A stretch of 64,000 bases of DNA from an uncultured Holophagales bacterium (GTDB lineage Bacteria > Acidobacteriota > Thermoanaerobaculia > Multivoradales > UBA5704), in the NCBI GenBank assembly GCA_963842525.1, contig CAWJGT010000008.1, positions 46,520-110,519 on the forward strand. The letters run 5' to 3'. The position numbers and the translations under genes are program-made. How positions within the stretch are numbered: the stretch's first letter is position 1; each line of letters starts with the position of its first letter. Shown here in pieces: positions 1-11,784 of this stretch. The notes beneath the pieces are model-generated. The model did no database searches, had not been told where the DNA came from, and was given only the letters and a program-made list of their open reading frames with translations.

Positions 1-2
1 AC

Positions 3-488
3 GTCACGGGCCTGGGGATCGACTGCCGGTACTGCCACACTTCGGTGGAGACGTCGGGCTTCGCCGGGATCCCGTCGACCGAGACGTGCATGAACTGCCA
101 CCGGCAGATCTGGACGAACGCGGACATGCTGGAGCCGGTGCGGGCGAGCTTTCGCGACAACGTGCCGATCCAGTGGACCCGCGTGCACGACCTGCCCGAC
201 TTCGTCTACTTCAACCACAGCGTCCACGTGGCCAAGGGGATCGGCTGCGTGACCTGCCACGGGCAGGTGGACCAGATGCCGCTGGTGTTCCAGGAGGCTT
301 CGCTCCAGATGGAGTGGTGCCTGGACTGCCACCGCGATCCCGGGAAATTTGTGCGGCCGCGCGAAGAGGTGTTCAACCTCCAGTGGCAGCCGCCGGCCGA
401 TCCGGCCGCGGCCAGGGCGCTGCAGGCGCGGCTGGTCAAGGAGTATGACGTGAGGCCGATGACGAGCTGCTCGACCTGCCACAGGTGA
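3..488 (+). CDS. actA: Alternative complex III pentaheme cytochrome c subunit ActA (5'-partial)
   Basis: Frame is open from the window start and has five CxxCH motifs (CRYCH, CMNCH, CVTCH, CLDCH, CSTCH) plus 'LPDFVYFNHSVH'; first gene of the act cluster. Confidence 0.93.
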   Translation, partial: VTGLGIDCRYCHTSVETSGFAGIPSTETCMNCHRQIWTNADMLEPVRASFRDNVPIQWTRVHDLPDFVYFNHSVHVAKGIGCVTCHGQVDQMPLVFQEASLQMEWCLDCHRDPGKFVRPREEVFNLQWQPPADPAAARALQARLVKEYDVRPMTSCSTCHR

Positions 489-546
489 GAGCGGGCGGGC
501 TGCCAGACCGGATCCCTGACACGACTCAACGAGAGCGAGCCAACGG

Positions 547-3500
547 ATGGACAGCACCAGCGGTGTGAAAGGCAAATGCGGCGCCGAGGCGGGCTGCCGG
601 TGCGGGGCGGCCGAGCCCCTCGACCTGGAGCAGGTGCGCGCGAAGCTGCGGGACAAGAAGGGGCCGGAGCTCTGGCGGAGCCTCGAAGAGCTCGCCGGGA
701 CCCCGCAGTTCGAGGAAATGCTCCACCGCGAGTTCCCGCGCCAGGCCTCCGAGTGGCCTTCTGGGGCCGAGGGAGCTGAAGGCGTCTCCCGCCGCGGCTT
801 CCTGCAGCTCGCCGGCGCCTCCCTCGCTCTCGCCGGCCTGACCGGCTGCACGAAGCAGCCGGTCGAGAGGATCGTCCCCTACGTGCGCCAGCCCGAGCAG
901 GTCATCCCGGGCAAGCCGCTGTTCTTCGCCACCGCCCTCACCCTGGGCGGCTATGCGACCGGCGTCCTCGCCGAGAGCCACCTGGGCCGGCCGACGAAGA
1001 TCGAGGGCAACCCGGACCACCCGGCGAGCCTCGGCGCCACCGACGTCTTCTCCCAGGCCGCCGTCCTGACGCTCTACGACCCGCAGCGCTCACAGTCGGT
1101 CGCCCGCGCCGGCCGCATCTCGACCTGGAGCGGCTTCGTCAGCGACACCGGGGCGGCGCTGCGCGCTCTCCAGGCGCTCGGCGGGGACGGGCTCCGCATC
1201 CTCACCGGCGCGGTCACCTCGCCGACCCTCGCGGCGCAGATCCAGGCGCTGCTCACGCAATACCCGCGGGCCCGCTGGCACCGCTGGGAGCCGGCCGGGC
1301 ACCACCACGCCCACGCCGCCGCGATGAGCGCCTTCGGCCGTCCGGTCGAGACCCGCTACGACTTCTCGCGCGCCGCCGTGGTCCTGGCGATCGACTCCGA
1401 CGTCCTCACCTGCGGGCCGGGCAACGTCCGCTACTCGCGCGACTTCACCGCCAACCGCCAGGTGCGGGCGAGCCGCCCGGAGATGAACCGCCTCTACTGC
1501 GTCGAGAGCATGCCGACCAACACCTCGACGATCTCCGACCACCGGCTGCAGCTCCCGCCCGCCGAGGTCGAGGCCTTCACGGCCGCCCTTGCGCAGGCCC
1601 TGGGTGTGACAGGCGCAGGCGGCGGCCAGGTGCTGGCCGACGATTTGACCGGTAAAAGGGCGCAGCGCTGGGTGCAGGCCGTGGCGCAGGATCTGCGGCA
1701 GAATGCCGGCCGCTCGCTCGTCGCCGGCGACGAATACCTCTCGCCGGCCTGCCAGGTGCTGATCCACGCCATCAACCAGGCCCTCGGCAACGTGGGCGCG
1801 ACCGTCTTCCACACCGAGCCGGTCGAGGCCGCGCCGGTCCCCCCGGCTCCCTCCGTCTCCTACGCCGAATCGCTCGCCGAGCTGGTGCGCGACATGGGCG
1901 CCGGCCGGGTCGACATCCTGCTGATGCTCGACGGCGTCAACCCGGTCTACACCTCGCCGGCCGACCTCGGCTTCGCCGCCGCCCTGGACAAGGTGCGGCT
2001 GCGCATCCACCACGGCCTGTACGGGGACGAGACCTCCGAGCGCTGCCACTGGCACATCCCGGCGGCGCACGAGCTCGAGACCTGGAGCGACGCCCGCGCC
2101 TTCGATGGCACGGTCAGCATCATCCAGCCGCTGATCGAGCCGCTCTACGACGGCAAGAGCGCGCACGAGGTGCTGGCCGCCCTCGGCAGCCAGCCGGATG
2201 CCACGAGCTACGACCTGGTCCGGGCGCACTGGCAGACCCTGCTGGTCGGGGACTTCGAGGGGGCTTGGCGCGCCGCCCTGCACGACGGCTTCCTGCCCAA
2301 CACCCAGCTCCCGCCGGTCTCCGCCGGAGTGGCGGGCGGCGCGGCGCAGCAGGCCGCCGCCCAGATCCTCCAGGACGTCCAGCGGGCCCGCGCGCAGAAA
2401 GATGTGATCACCTTGTGCTTCCGTCCCGATCCGACGGTCTGGGATGGCCGCTTCGCGAGCAACACTTGGCTCCAGGAGCTGCCCAAGCCGATCACCAAGC
2501 TCACCTGGGACAATGCCGTCCTGCTCGGCCCGGCCACGGCCCAGCGCCTGGGCGTGCGCCTGGAAGAGAAAATCGAGCTGACCTGGAAGGGGCGCAAGCT
2601 CCAGGCCGCCGTCTGGGTGCAGCCCGGGATGGCCGAGAACACGGCCGTGCTCACCCTCGGCTATGGCCGCACCCGCGCCGGCCAGCACGCCAGCGGGGCC
2701 GGCTTCAACGCCTACGCGTTGCGGACCTCGGACGCGCTGTGGACCGCCCGCGGGGTCGAGGTCCGCGGCCTCGGCGAGCACCACGCCTTCGCCTGCACGC
2801 AGAACCACCACGTGCTGGAGAGCGGCGAGAGCGAAATCCCCCTGGCCTCCGCGGAGGCCGAGCGCCGGCACTTGATCCGCACTGGCACGCTGGAGCAATT
2901 CCGGCAGGACCGGGACTTCATCAAGAAGCACCGCGAGAAGCCAAAGGACGACATGTCCATGTATCCCGCCCATAAGTACGAGGGGCACAAGTGGGGCATG
3001 GCCATCGACTTGAACGTCTGCACGGGCTGCAGCTCCTGCGTGATCGCCTGCCAGGCGGAGAACAACATCCCGGTGGTCGGCAAGGACCAGGTGCTCGCCG
3101 GGCGCGAGATGCACTGGCTGCGCATCGACCGCTATTTCTACGGCGTCCTCGACGAGCCGGCGATCCACAACCAGCCGGTCCCCTGCATGCACTGCGAGAA
3201 CGCCCCCTGCGAGGTGGTCTGCCCGGTGGCAGCCACGGCGCACAGCGACGAAGGCCTGAACGACATGGTCTACAACCGTTGCGTGGGCACCCGCTACTGC
3301 TCGAACAACTGCCCCTACAAGGTGCGGCGGTTCAACTTCCTGCGTTACAGCGACCGGGAGAGCCCGCTCATGCGCATGCTGTACAACCCGGACGTCACGG
3401 TGCGCATGCGCGGCGTGATGGAGAAGTGCACCTACTGCGTACAGCGGATCGAGCAGGCGAAGATCGAGTCCAAGGTCGAGGGGCAGGGCATCCCGGTCGA

Positions 3501-3723
3501 CAAGCTCCAGACCGCCTGCCAGCAGTCCTGTCCCACGCAGGCGATCGTCTTCGGCGACCTGAACGACGAGGCCTGGACGGTGACGCAGTGGCAGGCGGAT
3601 CCGCTCAATTACGGCCTCCTCGAAGAGATCAACACCCGGCCGCGCACCACCTATCTCGCCAAGCTGCGCAATCCGAATCCCCTGCTCGAACCGGCGGAAA
3701 GGACTGAGCATGGCCACTCTTGA
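547..3723 (+). CDS. actB: ACIII subunit ActB (Tat-exported molybdopterin-oxidoreductase-like domain fused to Fe-S domain)
   Basis: 'LWRSLEEL' motif, twin-Arg signal SRRGFLQ, '[13 protein letters not shown]', C-terminal Fe-S motifs [44 protein letters not shown]. Confidence 0.95.
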   Translation: MDSTSGVKGKCGAEAGCRCGAAEPLDLEQVRAKLRDKKGPELWRSLEELAGTPQFEEMLHREFPRQASEWPSGAEGAEGVSRRGFLQLAGASLALAGLTGCTKQPVERIVPYVRQPEQVIPGKPLFFATALTLGGYATGVLAESHLGRPTKIEGNPDHPASLGATDVFSQAAVLTLYDPQRSQSVARAGRISTWSGFVSDTGAALRALQALGGDGLRILTGAVTSPTLAAQIQALLTQYPRARWHRWEPAGHHHAHAAAMSAFGRPVETRYDFSRAAVVLAIDSDVLTCGPGNVRYSRDFTANRQVRASRPEMNRLYCVESMPTNTSTISDHRLQLPPAEVEAFTAALAQALGVTGAGGGQVLADDLTGKRAQRWVQAVAQDLRQNAGRSLVAGDEYLSPACQVLIHAINQALGNVGATVFHTEPVEAAPVPPAPSVSYAESLAELVRDMGAGRVDILLMLDGVNPVYTSPADLGFAAALDKVRLRIHHGLYGDETSERCHWHIPAAHELETWSDARAFDGTVSIIQPLIEPLYDGKSAHEVLAALGSQPDATSYDLVRAHWQTLLVGDFEGAWRAALHDGFLPNTQLPPVSAGVAGGAAQQAAAQILQDVQRARAQKDVITLCFRPDPTVWDGRFASNTWLQELPKPITKLTWDNAVLLGPATAQRLGVRLEEKIELTWKGRKLQAAVWVQPGMAENTAVLTLGYGRTRAGQHASGAGFNAYALRTSDALWTARGVEVRGLGEHHAFACTQNHHVLESGESEIPLASAEAERRHLIRTGTLEQFRQDRDFIKKHREKPKDDMSMYPAHKYEGHKWGMAIDLNVCTGCSSCVIACQAENNIPVVGKDQVLAGREMHWLRIDRYFYGVLDEPAIHNQPVPCMHCENAPCEVVCPVAATAHSDEGLNDMVYNRCVGTRYCSNNCPYKVRRFNFLRYSDRESPLMRMLYNPDVTVRMRGVMEKCTYCVQRIEQAKIESKVEGQGIPVDKLQTACQQSCPTQAIVFGDLNDEAWTVTQWQADPLNYGLLEEINTRPRTTYLAKLRNPNPLLEPAERTEHGHS

Positions 3724-5134
3724 CGACGGCGGCGCGACGTTCTCTCCCGCCGCTCCGCCCTCCAAGCCGCCAGTCGTGGCCCCGGGGCATACGACGGCGA
3801 CGGTCACCGACAAGATCAGCTCGGTGGTCCTGCAGAAGGCGCCCAAGTGGTGGTTCGCCGCCTTCGGGATCTCGTTCATGATCATGATGCTCTTCCTGAT
3901 GTCGGTGACCTGGCTGCTCGTCAAGGGTGTCGGCATCTGGGGCGTCAATCAGCCGGTGGGCTGGGGCTTCGCGATCATCAACTTCGTCTGGTGGATCGGC
4001 ATCGGCCACGCCGGCACGCTGATTTCGGCGATCCTGTTGCTCTTGCGCCAGGAGTGGCGGACGTCGATCAACCGCTTCGCCGAAGCGATGACGCTCTTCG
4101 CGGTGGCCTGCGCCGGCATGTTCCCGGTCCTCCATCTCGGCCGGCCGTGGCTCGCCTACTGGCTGTTCCCCTATCCGAACACCATGGGCATGTGGCCGCA
4201 GTTCCGCAGCCCGCTGGTGTGGGACGTGTTCGCGGTTTCCACGTACGCCACGGTGTCGATGCTCTTCTGGTACGTCGGCCTGATCCCCGACCTGGCGACG
4301 CTGCGCGACCGGTCGAAGAACCGTTTTGCCAAGGTCGTCTACGGCTTCGGCGCCATGGGCTGGCGCGGCGTCTCGTCGCACTGGCACAACTACGAGACGG
4401 CCTACGTGCTGCTCGCCGGCCTGGCCACGCCGCTGGTGCTCTCGGTCCACACCGTGGTGTCGTTCGATTTCGCCATCGGCATCATCCCGGGCTGGCACGC
4501 CACGATCTTCCCTCCCTACTTCGTGGCCGGCGCGATCTACGCCGGCTTCGCCATGGTCCTGCTCCTCGCCATCCCGCTGCGCGCGGTCTTCGGCCTGCAG
4601 GACTTCATCACCACACGCCATCTGCAGAACATGGGCAAGGTGATGCTGGCGACCGGCATGATCGTGGTCTACGGCTACCTGATGGAGTTCTTCTTCGCCT
4701 GGTACAGCGGCAACCACTACGAGAAGTTCGCGTTCATCAACCGCGTCTTCGGGCCGTACAAATGGCACTGGTTCGGGCTGATCCTCTGCAACGGCTTCGT
4801 GCCGCAGCTCCTCTGGTTCCGGCGCTTCCGCACGTCGCCGGCCTGGCTGTTCGTGATCTCGCTGATCGTCAGCGTCGGCATGTGGCTGGAGCGCTTCATC
4901 ATCGTGGTGACCAGCCTGCACCGCGACTTCCTGCCGTCGTCGTGGGGCATGTACCAGGGCACGCGGTGGGACTGGATGACCTTCGCCGGCACCATCGGCC
5001 TGTTCCTGACCCTGTTCTTCCTGTTCATCCGCTTCCTGCCGATGATCTCGATCTTCGAGATGCGCACCATCGTGCCCGGCACCAAGGGGAGCGCGTCCAC
5101 GGAGGTGCCTGCGAATGACCCAGGCCCACGGTAA
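3710..5134 (+). CDS. actC: ACIII quinol-oxidising membrane subunit ActC (NrfD/PsrC family)
   Basis: '[16 protein letters not shown]', '[13 protein letters not shown]', 'HLGRPW', 'FRSPLVWD'; multiple transmembrane segments; overlaps actB. Confidence 0.95.
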   Translation: MATLDDGGATFSPAAPPSKPPVVAPGHTTATVTDKISSVVLQKAPKWWFAAFGISFMIMMLFLMSVTWLLVKGVGIWGVNQPVGWGFAIINFVWWIGIGHAGTLISAILLLLRQEWRTSINRFAEAMTLFAVACAGMFPVLHLGRPWLAYWLFPYPNTMGMWPQFRSPLVWDVFAVSTYATVSMLFWYVGLIPDLATLRDRSKNRFAKVVYGFGAMGWRGVSSHWHNYETAYVLLAGLATPLVLSVHTVVSFDFAIGIIPGWHATIFPPYFVAGAIYAGFAMVLLLAIPLRAVFGLQDFITTRHLQNMGKVMLATGMIVVYGYLMEFFFAWYSGNHYEKFAFINRVFGPYKWHWFGLILCNGFVPQLLWFRRFRTSPAWLFVISLIVSVGMWLERFIIVVTSLHRDFLPSSWGMYQGTRWDWMTFAGTIGLFLTLFFLFIRFLPMISIFEMRTIVPGTKGSASTEVPANDPGPR

Positions 5135-5684
5135 TCAGCGCGAGCAGCTCGAGCGGCGCGAGATCTACGGCCTGATGGCCGAGTTCCAGTCGGCCGAGGC
5201 CCTGATCGAGGCGGCGCACAAGGTCCACGCGGCGGGCTACGAGCGCGCCGAGGCCTATACGCCCTACCCGATCGAGGAGCTTGCCCACGCCCTCGGCCAT
5301 CATCGCTCGAAGCTGCCGCTGATCGTGCTGATCGGCGGCCTGTGCGGCATGGTGGGCGGCTACATGCTCCAGTACTGGGCGTCGGTGATCGAATATCCGC
5401 TCAACATCGGCGGCCGGCCGTTCCACAGTTGGCCCGCCTTCATCGTGCCGACCTTCGAGACGACGATCCTGGCGGCGGCGCTGTCGGCGGTGCTCGGCAT
5501 GTTCGCCCTGAACGGGCTGCCGCACCCGTACCACCCGGTCTTCAACGTGCCGCGCTTCGCCCTGGCGTCGCGCGACCGCTACTTCCTGGTGGTCGAGGCG
5601 CGCGATCCGAAGTTCGACCGCGACCAGACCCGGAGCTTCCTCCTGGACCTCAATGCGAGCGAGGTGTCGGACGTTGAGCCCTAG
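5115..5684 (+). CDS. actD: ACIII subunit ActD (DUF3341)
   Basis: 'YGLMAEF', 'EAYTPYPI', 'YPLNIGGRP', 'PTFETTIL'; two TM helices; operon position. Confidence 0.92.
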   Translation: MTQAHGNQREQLERREIYGLMAEFQSAEALIEAAHKVHAAGYERAEAYTPYPIEELAHALGHHRSKLPLIVLIGGLCGMVGGYMLQYWASVIEYPLNIGGRPFHSWPAFIVPTFETTILAAALSAVLGMFALNGLPHPYHPVFNVPRFALASRDRYFLVVEARDPKFDRDQTRSFLLDLNASEVSDVEP

Positions 5685-6462
5685 AGCCCTGGCCCCTCAC
5701 CCCCGGCCCCTCTCCCATCCGCCCTCCCGAACCGCCGGGAGAGGGGAGTCGTGGTGCCCCGAAGAATCGCTTCCAGCTTCCCCTGTCTCCTTCCCCCCTC
5801 TCCCGGGAGGTAGGGAGGGCGGATGGGAGAGGGGGGGCAGGGGGGTGAGGGGCCTCGCGCTACTCCTGGCCTGCTCGGTCCTGCTGCTCGCCGGCTGCCG
5901 GCAGAACATGCACGACCAGAACAAGGTCGAGCCGCTGGAGGCGAGCGCCTTCTATGCCGACAGCAAGGGCGCGCGCCCGCTGCCGGCCGGCACGGTGCCG
6001 CGCGGCGGTATCGGCGGCGAGAGGGGCGAGAAGATCGCTCCCTACACCGGCCTGACCGTGGCGCGGTGGACGGTCCCGGCCGGAGGCCCACCGGTCACCC
6101 TGGAGCTGCTGCGCCGCGGCCAGCAGCGCTATGACGTCTTCTGCTCCCCCTGCCACGACCGTACCGGCAGCGGACGCGGCATGATCGTCCAACGCGGCTA
6201 CAAGCAGCCGACCTCGTACCACGACGCGCGGCTGCTCAGCGTGCCGACCGACTACTTCGTCCAGGTGATCACCGAGGGGTTCGGCGTGATGCCCAGCTAC
6301 GCCCCGCAAGTGCCGTTGGAGGACCGCTGGGCCATCGCCGCCTACATCCGCGCCCTCCAGTACAGCCAGAACGCCCGCCTGGCCGACCTGCCGCCCGCGC
6401 GGCGCCAGGAGATCGAGCGGGAGCTCGCAGCGGGCACGTCCCGACCCACCGAGGTGCCATGA
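5674..6462 (+). CDS. actE: ACIII monoheme cytochrome c lipoprotein ActE, with in-frame palindrome in the signal region
   Basis: Lipobox LAGC-RQNMHDQ and heme motif CSPCH. Probable TTG start at 5674 overlapping the end of actD (ORF track start 5653). Confidence 0.9.
   Translation: MSPRALAPHPRPLSHPPSRTAGRGESWCPEESLPASPVSFPPLPGGREGGWERGGRGVRGLALLLACSVLLLAGCRQNMHDQNKVEPLEASAFYADSKGARPLPAGTVPRGGIGGERGEKIAPYTGLTVARWTVPAGGPPVTLELLRRGQQRYDVFCSPCHDRTGSGRGMIVQRGYKQPTSYHDARLLSVPTDYFVQVITEGFGVMPSYAPQVPLEDRWAIAAYIRALQYSQNARLADLPPARRQEIERELAAGTSRPTEVP
5691..5854. repeat. Palindromic (MITE/REP-like) element inserted in frame in actE
   Basis: Terminal inverted repeat GGCCCCTCACCCCC...GGGGGTGAGGGGCC with internal CCCTCTCCC/GGGAGAGGG stems. 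Confidence 0.85.
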
Positions 6463-7676
6463 ACGCAGAGCCCGGTTTTCGCCCCGATCGCCTCGACCGC
6501 CTCGACGCCGCGGCGTTCACCGCTCCGGCGGCGGTCGACCGCGTCCAGCGCACCGCCCTGATTGCCGGCGGGCTGGGCGCCGCCGCCTGCGTCCTCGGGT
6601 GGATCCTGTCGCCGGCCTACTTCTACCGCGCCTGGCTGGTCGGCTGGGTCTACTGGGTCGGCGTCGCCGCGGGCTCGCTCGCGATCTTCCTGCTCCACCA
6701 TCTCACCCGCGGCGCCTGGGGCCTCGTCGCCCGCCGTATCCTGGAGGCATCCGCGCGCACGCTGCCGTTCCTGGTGGTGCTCTTCCTCCCGCTCGTCTTG
6801 GGGATGCGCGAGCTCTATTCCTGGGCGCGTCCGGAGGTGGTGGCCGGCGATGCCATCCTGCAGAGCAAGGAGGCCTATCTCAACCTGCCCTTCTTCTTCG
6901 TCCGGCTGGTGCTCTATTTCGTGGTCTGGGGCGGCATCGCCTGGCTGCTCAGCCGCCTGTCCTGGCGCCAGGACCACGGCGACGACCCGGGCCTGACGCG
7001 CCGCATGCAGCTCCTCGCGGGCCCCGGCCTCGCCGCCTACTGCCTGGCGACGACCTTCGCCGCGGTCGACTGGCTGATGTCCCTCGATCCGCACTGGTTC
7101 TCGACGATCTACGGCGTTTCGATGATGGGCAGCCAGGCCCTCTCGGCCCTCGCCTTCCTGATCGTCTGCGCGCTCTGGCTGTCACGCCGTGCGCCCATGG
7201 ACCACGTCCTGCGCAGCGGCCACTTCCACGACTGGGGCAAGCTGATGCTCGCCTTCACCATGCTCTGGGCCTATTTCTCGTTCTCCCAGTTCCTGATCAT
7301 GTGGGCGGGCAACCTGCCGGAGGAGATCGTCTGGTACCTCCACCGCATCCGGCACGGCTGGGGCTACGTGGCGCTGGTGATCGTGCTCTTCCACTTCATG
7401 CTGCCCTTCACCCTTCTCCTGTCGCGCGACCTGAAGAGCCGGGCCTCGCGGCTGGCGGGTGTGGCCGTGCTGATGCTCGTCATGCGCCTGGTCGACCTCT
7501 TCTGGCAGGTCGAGCCCGGGTTCGAATACCAGGATTTCAGGTTCTACTGGCTCTATTTGGCGGCGCCGGTGGCCATCGGCGGCGTCTTCGTCTTCTTCTT
7601 CCTGCGCGAGCTCAAGCGCGCGCCGCTGCTGCCGGTCGGCGACCCCAATCTCCCGGAGGTGCTCGCTCATGAGTGA
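6459..7676 (+). CDS. actF: ACIII membrane subunit ActF
   Basis: 'DWLMSLDPHWFSTIYG', 'HDWGKLMLAF', 'SQFLIMWAGNLPEE'; about 10 hydrophobic segments. Confidence 0.92.
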   Translation: MNAEPGFRPDRLDRLDAAAFTAPAAVDRVQRTALIAGGLGAAACVLGWILSPAYFYRAWLVGWVYWVGVAAGSLAIFLLHHLTRGAWGLVARRILEASARTLPFLVVLFLPLVLGMRELYSWARPEVVAGDAILQSKEAYLNLPFFFVRLVLYFVVWGGIAWLLSRLSWRQDHGDDPGLTRRMQLLAGPGLAAYCLATTFAAVDWLMSLDPHWFSTIYGVSMMGSQALSALAFLIVCALWLSRRAPMDHVLRSGHFHDWGKLMLAFTMLWAYFSFSQFLIMWAGNLPEEIVWYLHRIRHGWGYVALVIVLFHFMLPFTLLLSRDLKSRASRLAGVAVLMLVMRLVDLFWQVEPGFEYQDFRFYWLYLAAPVAIGGVFVFFFLRELKRAPLLPVGDPNLPEVLAHE

Positions 7677-8277
7677 GATCCACATCGGGCCCCATACCCG
7701 GGACGAGCCCCGAAAGATCCCGCACGACACGACCGGGACGTTCGACCGCGAGATCGACCTGAAGGCGATCGCCTGGCTGGTCGGCGGCCTAGTCGCTATC
7801 GCCCTCGTGGTGCAGGTCCTGGTCCTGTGGACGATCCGCGGCTTCGAGCGCTTCGACGAGAAGAGGGACGTGCGCCCGTCCCCGATCGAGGCGGCCATCC
7901 CCCAGGGTCCGCCGCCGGGGCCGCCACTGCAGACCGACGACGAGAAGGACATGCGCGATCTGCGGGAGGAAGAGGACAGCGTCCTCGACAGCCCGGCCTG
8001 GGTCGACCCCGCGCAAGGACGGGTGCGGGTGCCGATCGACGTCGCCATGGAGGTGATCGCCAGCCGGGGCCTCGGGGCGGAGGTGGTGGGCGGGGCCCCT
8101 CACCCCCCTGGCCCCCCTCTCCCAACCGCCCTCCCATCCCCCGGGAGAGGGGGGAAGGAAGACACTTCCGAGAGGGATCGCGAGCGGTCTCTGCTCCCCT
8201 CTCCCGGGGGCCAGGGAGTGCGGTTGGGAGAGGGGCCGGGGGTGAGGGGGCCGGCGCCACAGGAGAGCCCGCTTTGA
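7669..8277 (+). CDS. actG: ActG-like single-pass ACIII accessory subunit with C-terminal palindrome-derived extension
   Basis: One TM helix, 'PPGPPLQ' and 'WVDPAQGRVRVPIDVAMEVI'; lies between actF and sco. Confidence 0.7.
   Translation: MSEIHIGPHTRDEPRKIPHDTTGTFDREIDLKAIAWLVGGLVAIALVVQVLVLWTIRGFERFDEKRDVRPSPIEAAIPQGPPPGPPLQTDDEKDMRDLREEEDSVLDSPAWVDPAQGRVRVPIDVAMEVIASRGLGAEVVGGAPHPPGPPLPTALPSPGRGGKEDTSERDRERSLLPSPGGQGVRLGEGPGVRGPAPQESPL
8094..8252. repeat. Second palindromic element, in frame in the actG-like gene, opposite orientation to the actE copy
   Basis: GGCCCCTCACCCCCCTGGCCCCCCTCTCCC...GGGAGAGGGGCCGGGGGTGAGGGGGCC; its left end matches the reverse complement of the actE element's right end. 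Confidence 0.85.
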
Positions 8278-9134
8278 CCCGTCTCCTCTCGACCCTCACG
8301 CTCGCGGCCGCCCTGCTGGCCGCCTCTTCGGCCTTCGCCGGCGACCGGGTGTGGACCGGCCCCGGGCCGGGGCTCGGCCCCAACGCGGCGGCCATGGCAA
8401 AACCGTTGCAGCAGGTGCGTTTCGACCAGCGCCTCGGCGAGCCGGTGCCGCTCGACCTCGCGTTCCGCGACGCGTCCGGCCGCCCGGTCCGGCTCGGCGG
8501 CCTGTTCGGCAAGCGGCCGGTGGTCCTGGTCTTCTCCTATTACGAGTGCCCGATGCTCTGCCCCATGGTCCTGAACGGCCTGGCGACCAGCCTGAAGCCG
8601 CTGACGTTCGAGCCCGGCCGGGACTTCGAAGTGGTGGTGGTGAGCATCGATCCGGGGGAGACCCCGCAGCTCGCCGCGGATGCCAAGCGCCGGACGCTCG
8701 AACGCTATGGCCGCCCGCAGAGCGCCGCCGGCTGGCACTTCCTGACCGGCGGCCAGGACGCCATCTCCGCACTGACCGACGCGGCCGGCTTCCGCTACGT
8801 CTATGACGCGGAGCGCGACGAGTATGCCCATGCCGCCGGCGTCGTCGTGGCCATGCCCGACGGCCGGATCTCGCGCTACCTGTTCGGCATCGATTACCCG
8901 CCGCGCGACATCCGCATGGCGGTGATGGAGTCGGCCGGCCGCCGCACCGGCTCGGCCATCGACAACGTCATCCTCTACTGTTTCCACTACGATCCCACGA
9001 TCGGACGCTACAGCGCGGCGACGTTCAAGATCCTGCGGCTCGCGGCCGTTGCCACGGTCGCCGGGCTCGTGCTGATGATGGTCCTCCTGCGCCGGCGGGA
9101 GACCCGGGACAACGGTCCTCTGGGGGCAGCCTGA
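8274..9134 (+). CDS. SCO1/SenC copper chaperone
   Basis: CPMLC (CxxxC) motif, 'GWHFLTG', 'EYAHAAG'; TTG start overlapping the upstream TGA, followed by a signal peptide. Confidence 0.9.
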   Translation: MTRLLSTLTLAAALLAASSAFAGDRVWTGPGPGLGPNAAAMAKPLQQVRFDQRLGEPVPLDLAFRDASGRPVRLGGLFGKRPVVLVFSYYECPMLCPMVLNGLATSLKPLTFEPGRDFEVVVVSIDPGETPQLAADAKRRTLERYGRPQSAAGWHFLTGGQDAISALTDAAGFRYVYDAERDEYAHAAGVVVAMPDGRISRYLFGIDYPPRDIRMAVMESAGRRTGSAIDNVILYCFHYDPTIGRYSAATFKILRLAAVATVAGLVLMMVLLRRRETRDNGPLGAA

Positions 9135-9136
9135 CC

Positions 9137-10111
9137 ATGCAGAGCATGGCATCCGATCTACCGCTTTTTCCCGAATCGGCCTCCAGCGTCGCGCCGCAGA
9201 TCGACGCCCTTTTCTTCGCCTGGTCGGCGGTGAGCATCTTTTTCTCGCTCCTGATCGCCGTCCTGATCATCTATTTCATGGCCAGATACCGCCGGCGCTC
9301 CCCCGACGAGGTGGGCCTGGCGGAGAGGGCGCCGTTCTGGCTGGAGATCGCCTGGTCGCTGATCCCGCTCGCCATCATGCTGGTCATGTTCTTCTGGGGC
9401 ACGCGGGTGTTCATCAACATCTACCGTCCGCCGGCCGACGCAGTCCAGTACTACTCGATCGGCAAGCAGTGGATGTGGAAGTTCCAGCACCCGACGGGTC
9501 AGCGCGAGATCAATACGCTGCACATCCCGGTGGGGCAGCCGATCCAACTGCTCCTGCAGTCGGAGGACGTGATCCATAGCTTCTTCGTCCCTGCCTTCCG
9601 GGTGAAGCAGGACGCGGTCCCGGGCCGCTACACCTCCGTCTGGTTCGAGGCCACCAAGCCGGGTGTCTTTCATCTGTTCTGCGCCGAGTACTGCGGCGGC
9701 GAGCACTCCCGGATGATCGGCAGCGTCGTGGCGATGGAGCCGAGCCGGTACGAGGAGTGGCTGTCCGGCGGCCCCGCGGGCCGTTCGGTGGTGGCCTCGG
9801 GCGCCGATCTCTTCGAGCAGCTCGCCTGCCAGACCTGCCACAACCCGAGCCAGGCCGGCCTGGCGCGCGCGCCCACCCTCGAAGGGCTGTTCGGCAACCA
9901 GGTCAGGCTCCAGGACGGGCGCACCGTCGTCGCCGACGAGAACTACCTGCGCGAATCGATCCTCAACCCGATGGCCAAGGTGACGGCCGGCTGGCAGCCG
10001 ATCATGCCGACCTACCAGGGGCAGGTGACCGAAGAGCAGCTCACGCAGCTCATCTCCTACATCCGCTCCCTTGAAGAATCCAGCGGGGCAGAGGTGACCG
10101 TCCGACCATGA
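9137..10111 (+). CDS. coxB: Cytochrome c oxidase subunit II with fused cytochrome c (caa3 type; CtaC)
   Basis: 'DVIHSF', CuA motif [13 protein letters not shown]-terminal CQTCH heme motif. Confidence 0.96.
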   Translation: MQSMASDLPLFPESASSVAPQIDALFFAWSAVSIFFSLLIAVLIIYFMARYRRRSPDEVGLAERAPFWLEIAWSLIPLAIMLVMFFWGTRVFINIYRPPADAVQYYSIGKQWMWKFQHPTGQREINTLHIPVGQPIQLLLQSEDVIHSFFVPAFRVKQDAVPGRYTSVWFEATKPGVFHLFCAEYCGGEHSRMIGSVVAMEPSRYEEWLSGGPAGRSVVASGADLFEQLACQTCHNPSQAGLARAPTLEGLFGNQVRLQDGRTVVADENYLRESILNPMAKVTAGWQPIMPTYQGQVTEEQLTQLISYIRSLEESSGAEVTVRP

Positions 10112-11784
10112 GCACAGAACTTTCCTCCGCAACCGTCGCACCGGGCCCGGAGACCGGGTACGAACGGCCGAACTATCTGAACGCCGCCTATGGCGTCCGT
10201 TCGTGGCTCCTGACCCGCGACCACAAGCGGATCGCCATCCTCTACCTCCTCTCGGTCACGGTCTTCTTCGCCCTGGGCAGCCTGTTCGCCCTGCTGCTCC
10301 GCCTCGAGCTGCTGACGCCGGAAGGCGACCTCATGCAGCCCGACATGTACAACCGGATGTTCACCATGCACGGCATCGTCATGGTGTTCTTCTTCCTCAT
10401 CCCCGCGATCCCGGCGGTGCTGGGCAACTTCCTGGTGCCGCTGATGATCGGCGCCAGGGACCTGGCCTTCCCCCGGCTCAACCTGGCGAGCTGGTACGTC
10501 TACAACCTCGGCGGGATTTTCACTTTATGGGCGATCGCGCACGGCGGCGTCGACACCGGCTGGACCTTCTATACGCCGTTCAGCACCGCCTACTCGAACA
10601 GCTACGTCGTCACCGCGGCGCTCGGTATCTTCATCAATGGATTTTCGACCATCTTCACCGGGCTGAACTTCATCGTCACCATCCACCGCATGCGGGCGCC
10701 CGGCATGACCTGGTTCCGGCTGCCGCTCTTCATCTGGTCGAGCTATGCGACGAGCGTGATCATCGTGCTCGGGACGCCGGTCATCGCCATCACCCTGCTG
10801 CTGGTGGCGGCCGAAAAGGTGCTCCACCTCGGCATCTTCGACCCCCGGCTGGGCGGCGACCCCATCCTCTTCCAGCACCTGTTCTGGTTCTACTCGCACC
10901 CGGCGGTCTACATCATGATCCTGCCGGCGATGGGAGTGATCAGCGAGCTGGTGGCCGCCTTCGCGCGCAAGCGGATCTTCGGCTACCGCTTCGTCGCCTT
11001 CGCCAGCATTGCCATCGCGGTGCTCGGCTTCCTGGTCTGGGGGCACCACATGTTCCTGACCGGCCAGTCGATCTACGCCAGCACGATCTTCTCGATCCTC
11101 TCGATGCTGGTGGCGGTCCCCTCGGCCATCAAGGTGTTCAACTGGACGGCGACGCTCTACGAGGGCTCGATCTCCTACCAGACCCCGATGCTCTATGCCC
11201 TGGGCTTCATCGGCCTGTTCACCATCGGCGGCTTGACGGGGGTGATGATCGCCACGCTCGGCATCGACGTCCACGTGCACGACACGTACTTCATCGTCGC
11301 CCACTTCCACTACATCATGGTGGGCGGCACGATCATGGGCTACATGGGAGGCCTCCATTACTGGTGGCCGAAGATCTCGGGCAAGCTCTATCCGGCGTTC
11401 CTGTCGCGGCTGGCGGCCCTGCTGGTCTTCGTCGGGTTCAACCTGACCTTCCTGCCGCAGTTCGTGCTCGGCTACCTCGGCATGCCGCGCCGCTACTGGT
11501 CCTACCCGCCCGAGTTCCAGGTGCTGAACGTCCTGTCGACCGCGGGGGCCTCGATCCTCGGCGTCGGCTACATCCTGCCGCTCTTCTACTTCGCCTGGTC
11601 GATGCGCTACGGCGCGAAGAGCGGCGACAACCCGTGGGGCGCCCTCGGCCTCGAATGGGACACGCCGTCGCCGCCGCCGACCGAGAACTTCTACACCCCT
11701 CCGGTCGTCACCCACGGACCGTACGAGTACAACCCGCAAGAGGTGCACGACCGCACCTCGCATCCGGAGGCACGCGTTGGCTAG
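10108..11784 (+). CDS. coxA: Cytochrome c oxidase subunit I, type A2 (CtaD)
   Basis: 'DHKRIAILY', 'FTMHG', 'WFYSHPAVY' (YS motif of A2 enzymes), 'WGHHMF', 'VAHFHY', 'GMPRRY'. Confidence 0.97.
   Translation: MSTELSSATVAPGPETGYERPNYLNAAYGVRSWLLTRDHKRIAILYLLSVTVFFALGSLFALLLRLELLTPEGDLMQPDMYNRMFTMHGIVMVFFFLIPAIPAVLGNFLVPLMIGARDLAFPRLNLASWYVYNLGGIFTLWAIAHGGVDTGWTFYTPFSTAYSNSYVVTAALGIFINGFSTIFTGLNFIVTIHRMRAPGMTWFRLPLFIWSSYATSVIIVLGTPVIAITLLLVAAEKVLHLGIFDPRLGGDPILFQHLFWFYSHPAVYIMILPAMGVISELVAAFARKRIFGYRFVAFASIAIAVLGFLVWGHHMFLTGQSIYASTIFSILSMLVAVPSAIKVFNWTATLYEGSISYQTPMLYALGFIGLFTIGGLTGVMIATLGIDVHVHDTYFIVAHFHYIMVGGTIMGYMGGLHYWWPKISGKLYPAFLSRLAALLVFVGFNLTFLPQFVLGYLGMPRRYWSYPPEFQVLNVLSTAGASILGVGYILPLFYFAWSMRYGAKSGDNPWGALGLEWDTPSPPPTENFYTPPVVTHGPYEYNPQEVHDRTSHPEARVG

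Noticed and set aside
7827-8273. Long N-terminal extension of Sco (likewise 11896-12582 for coxD and 56318-56470 for the recombinase remnant)
   Set aside because: These are alternative-frame read-through of upstream genes or repeats; better downstream starts or a truncation point exist.
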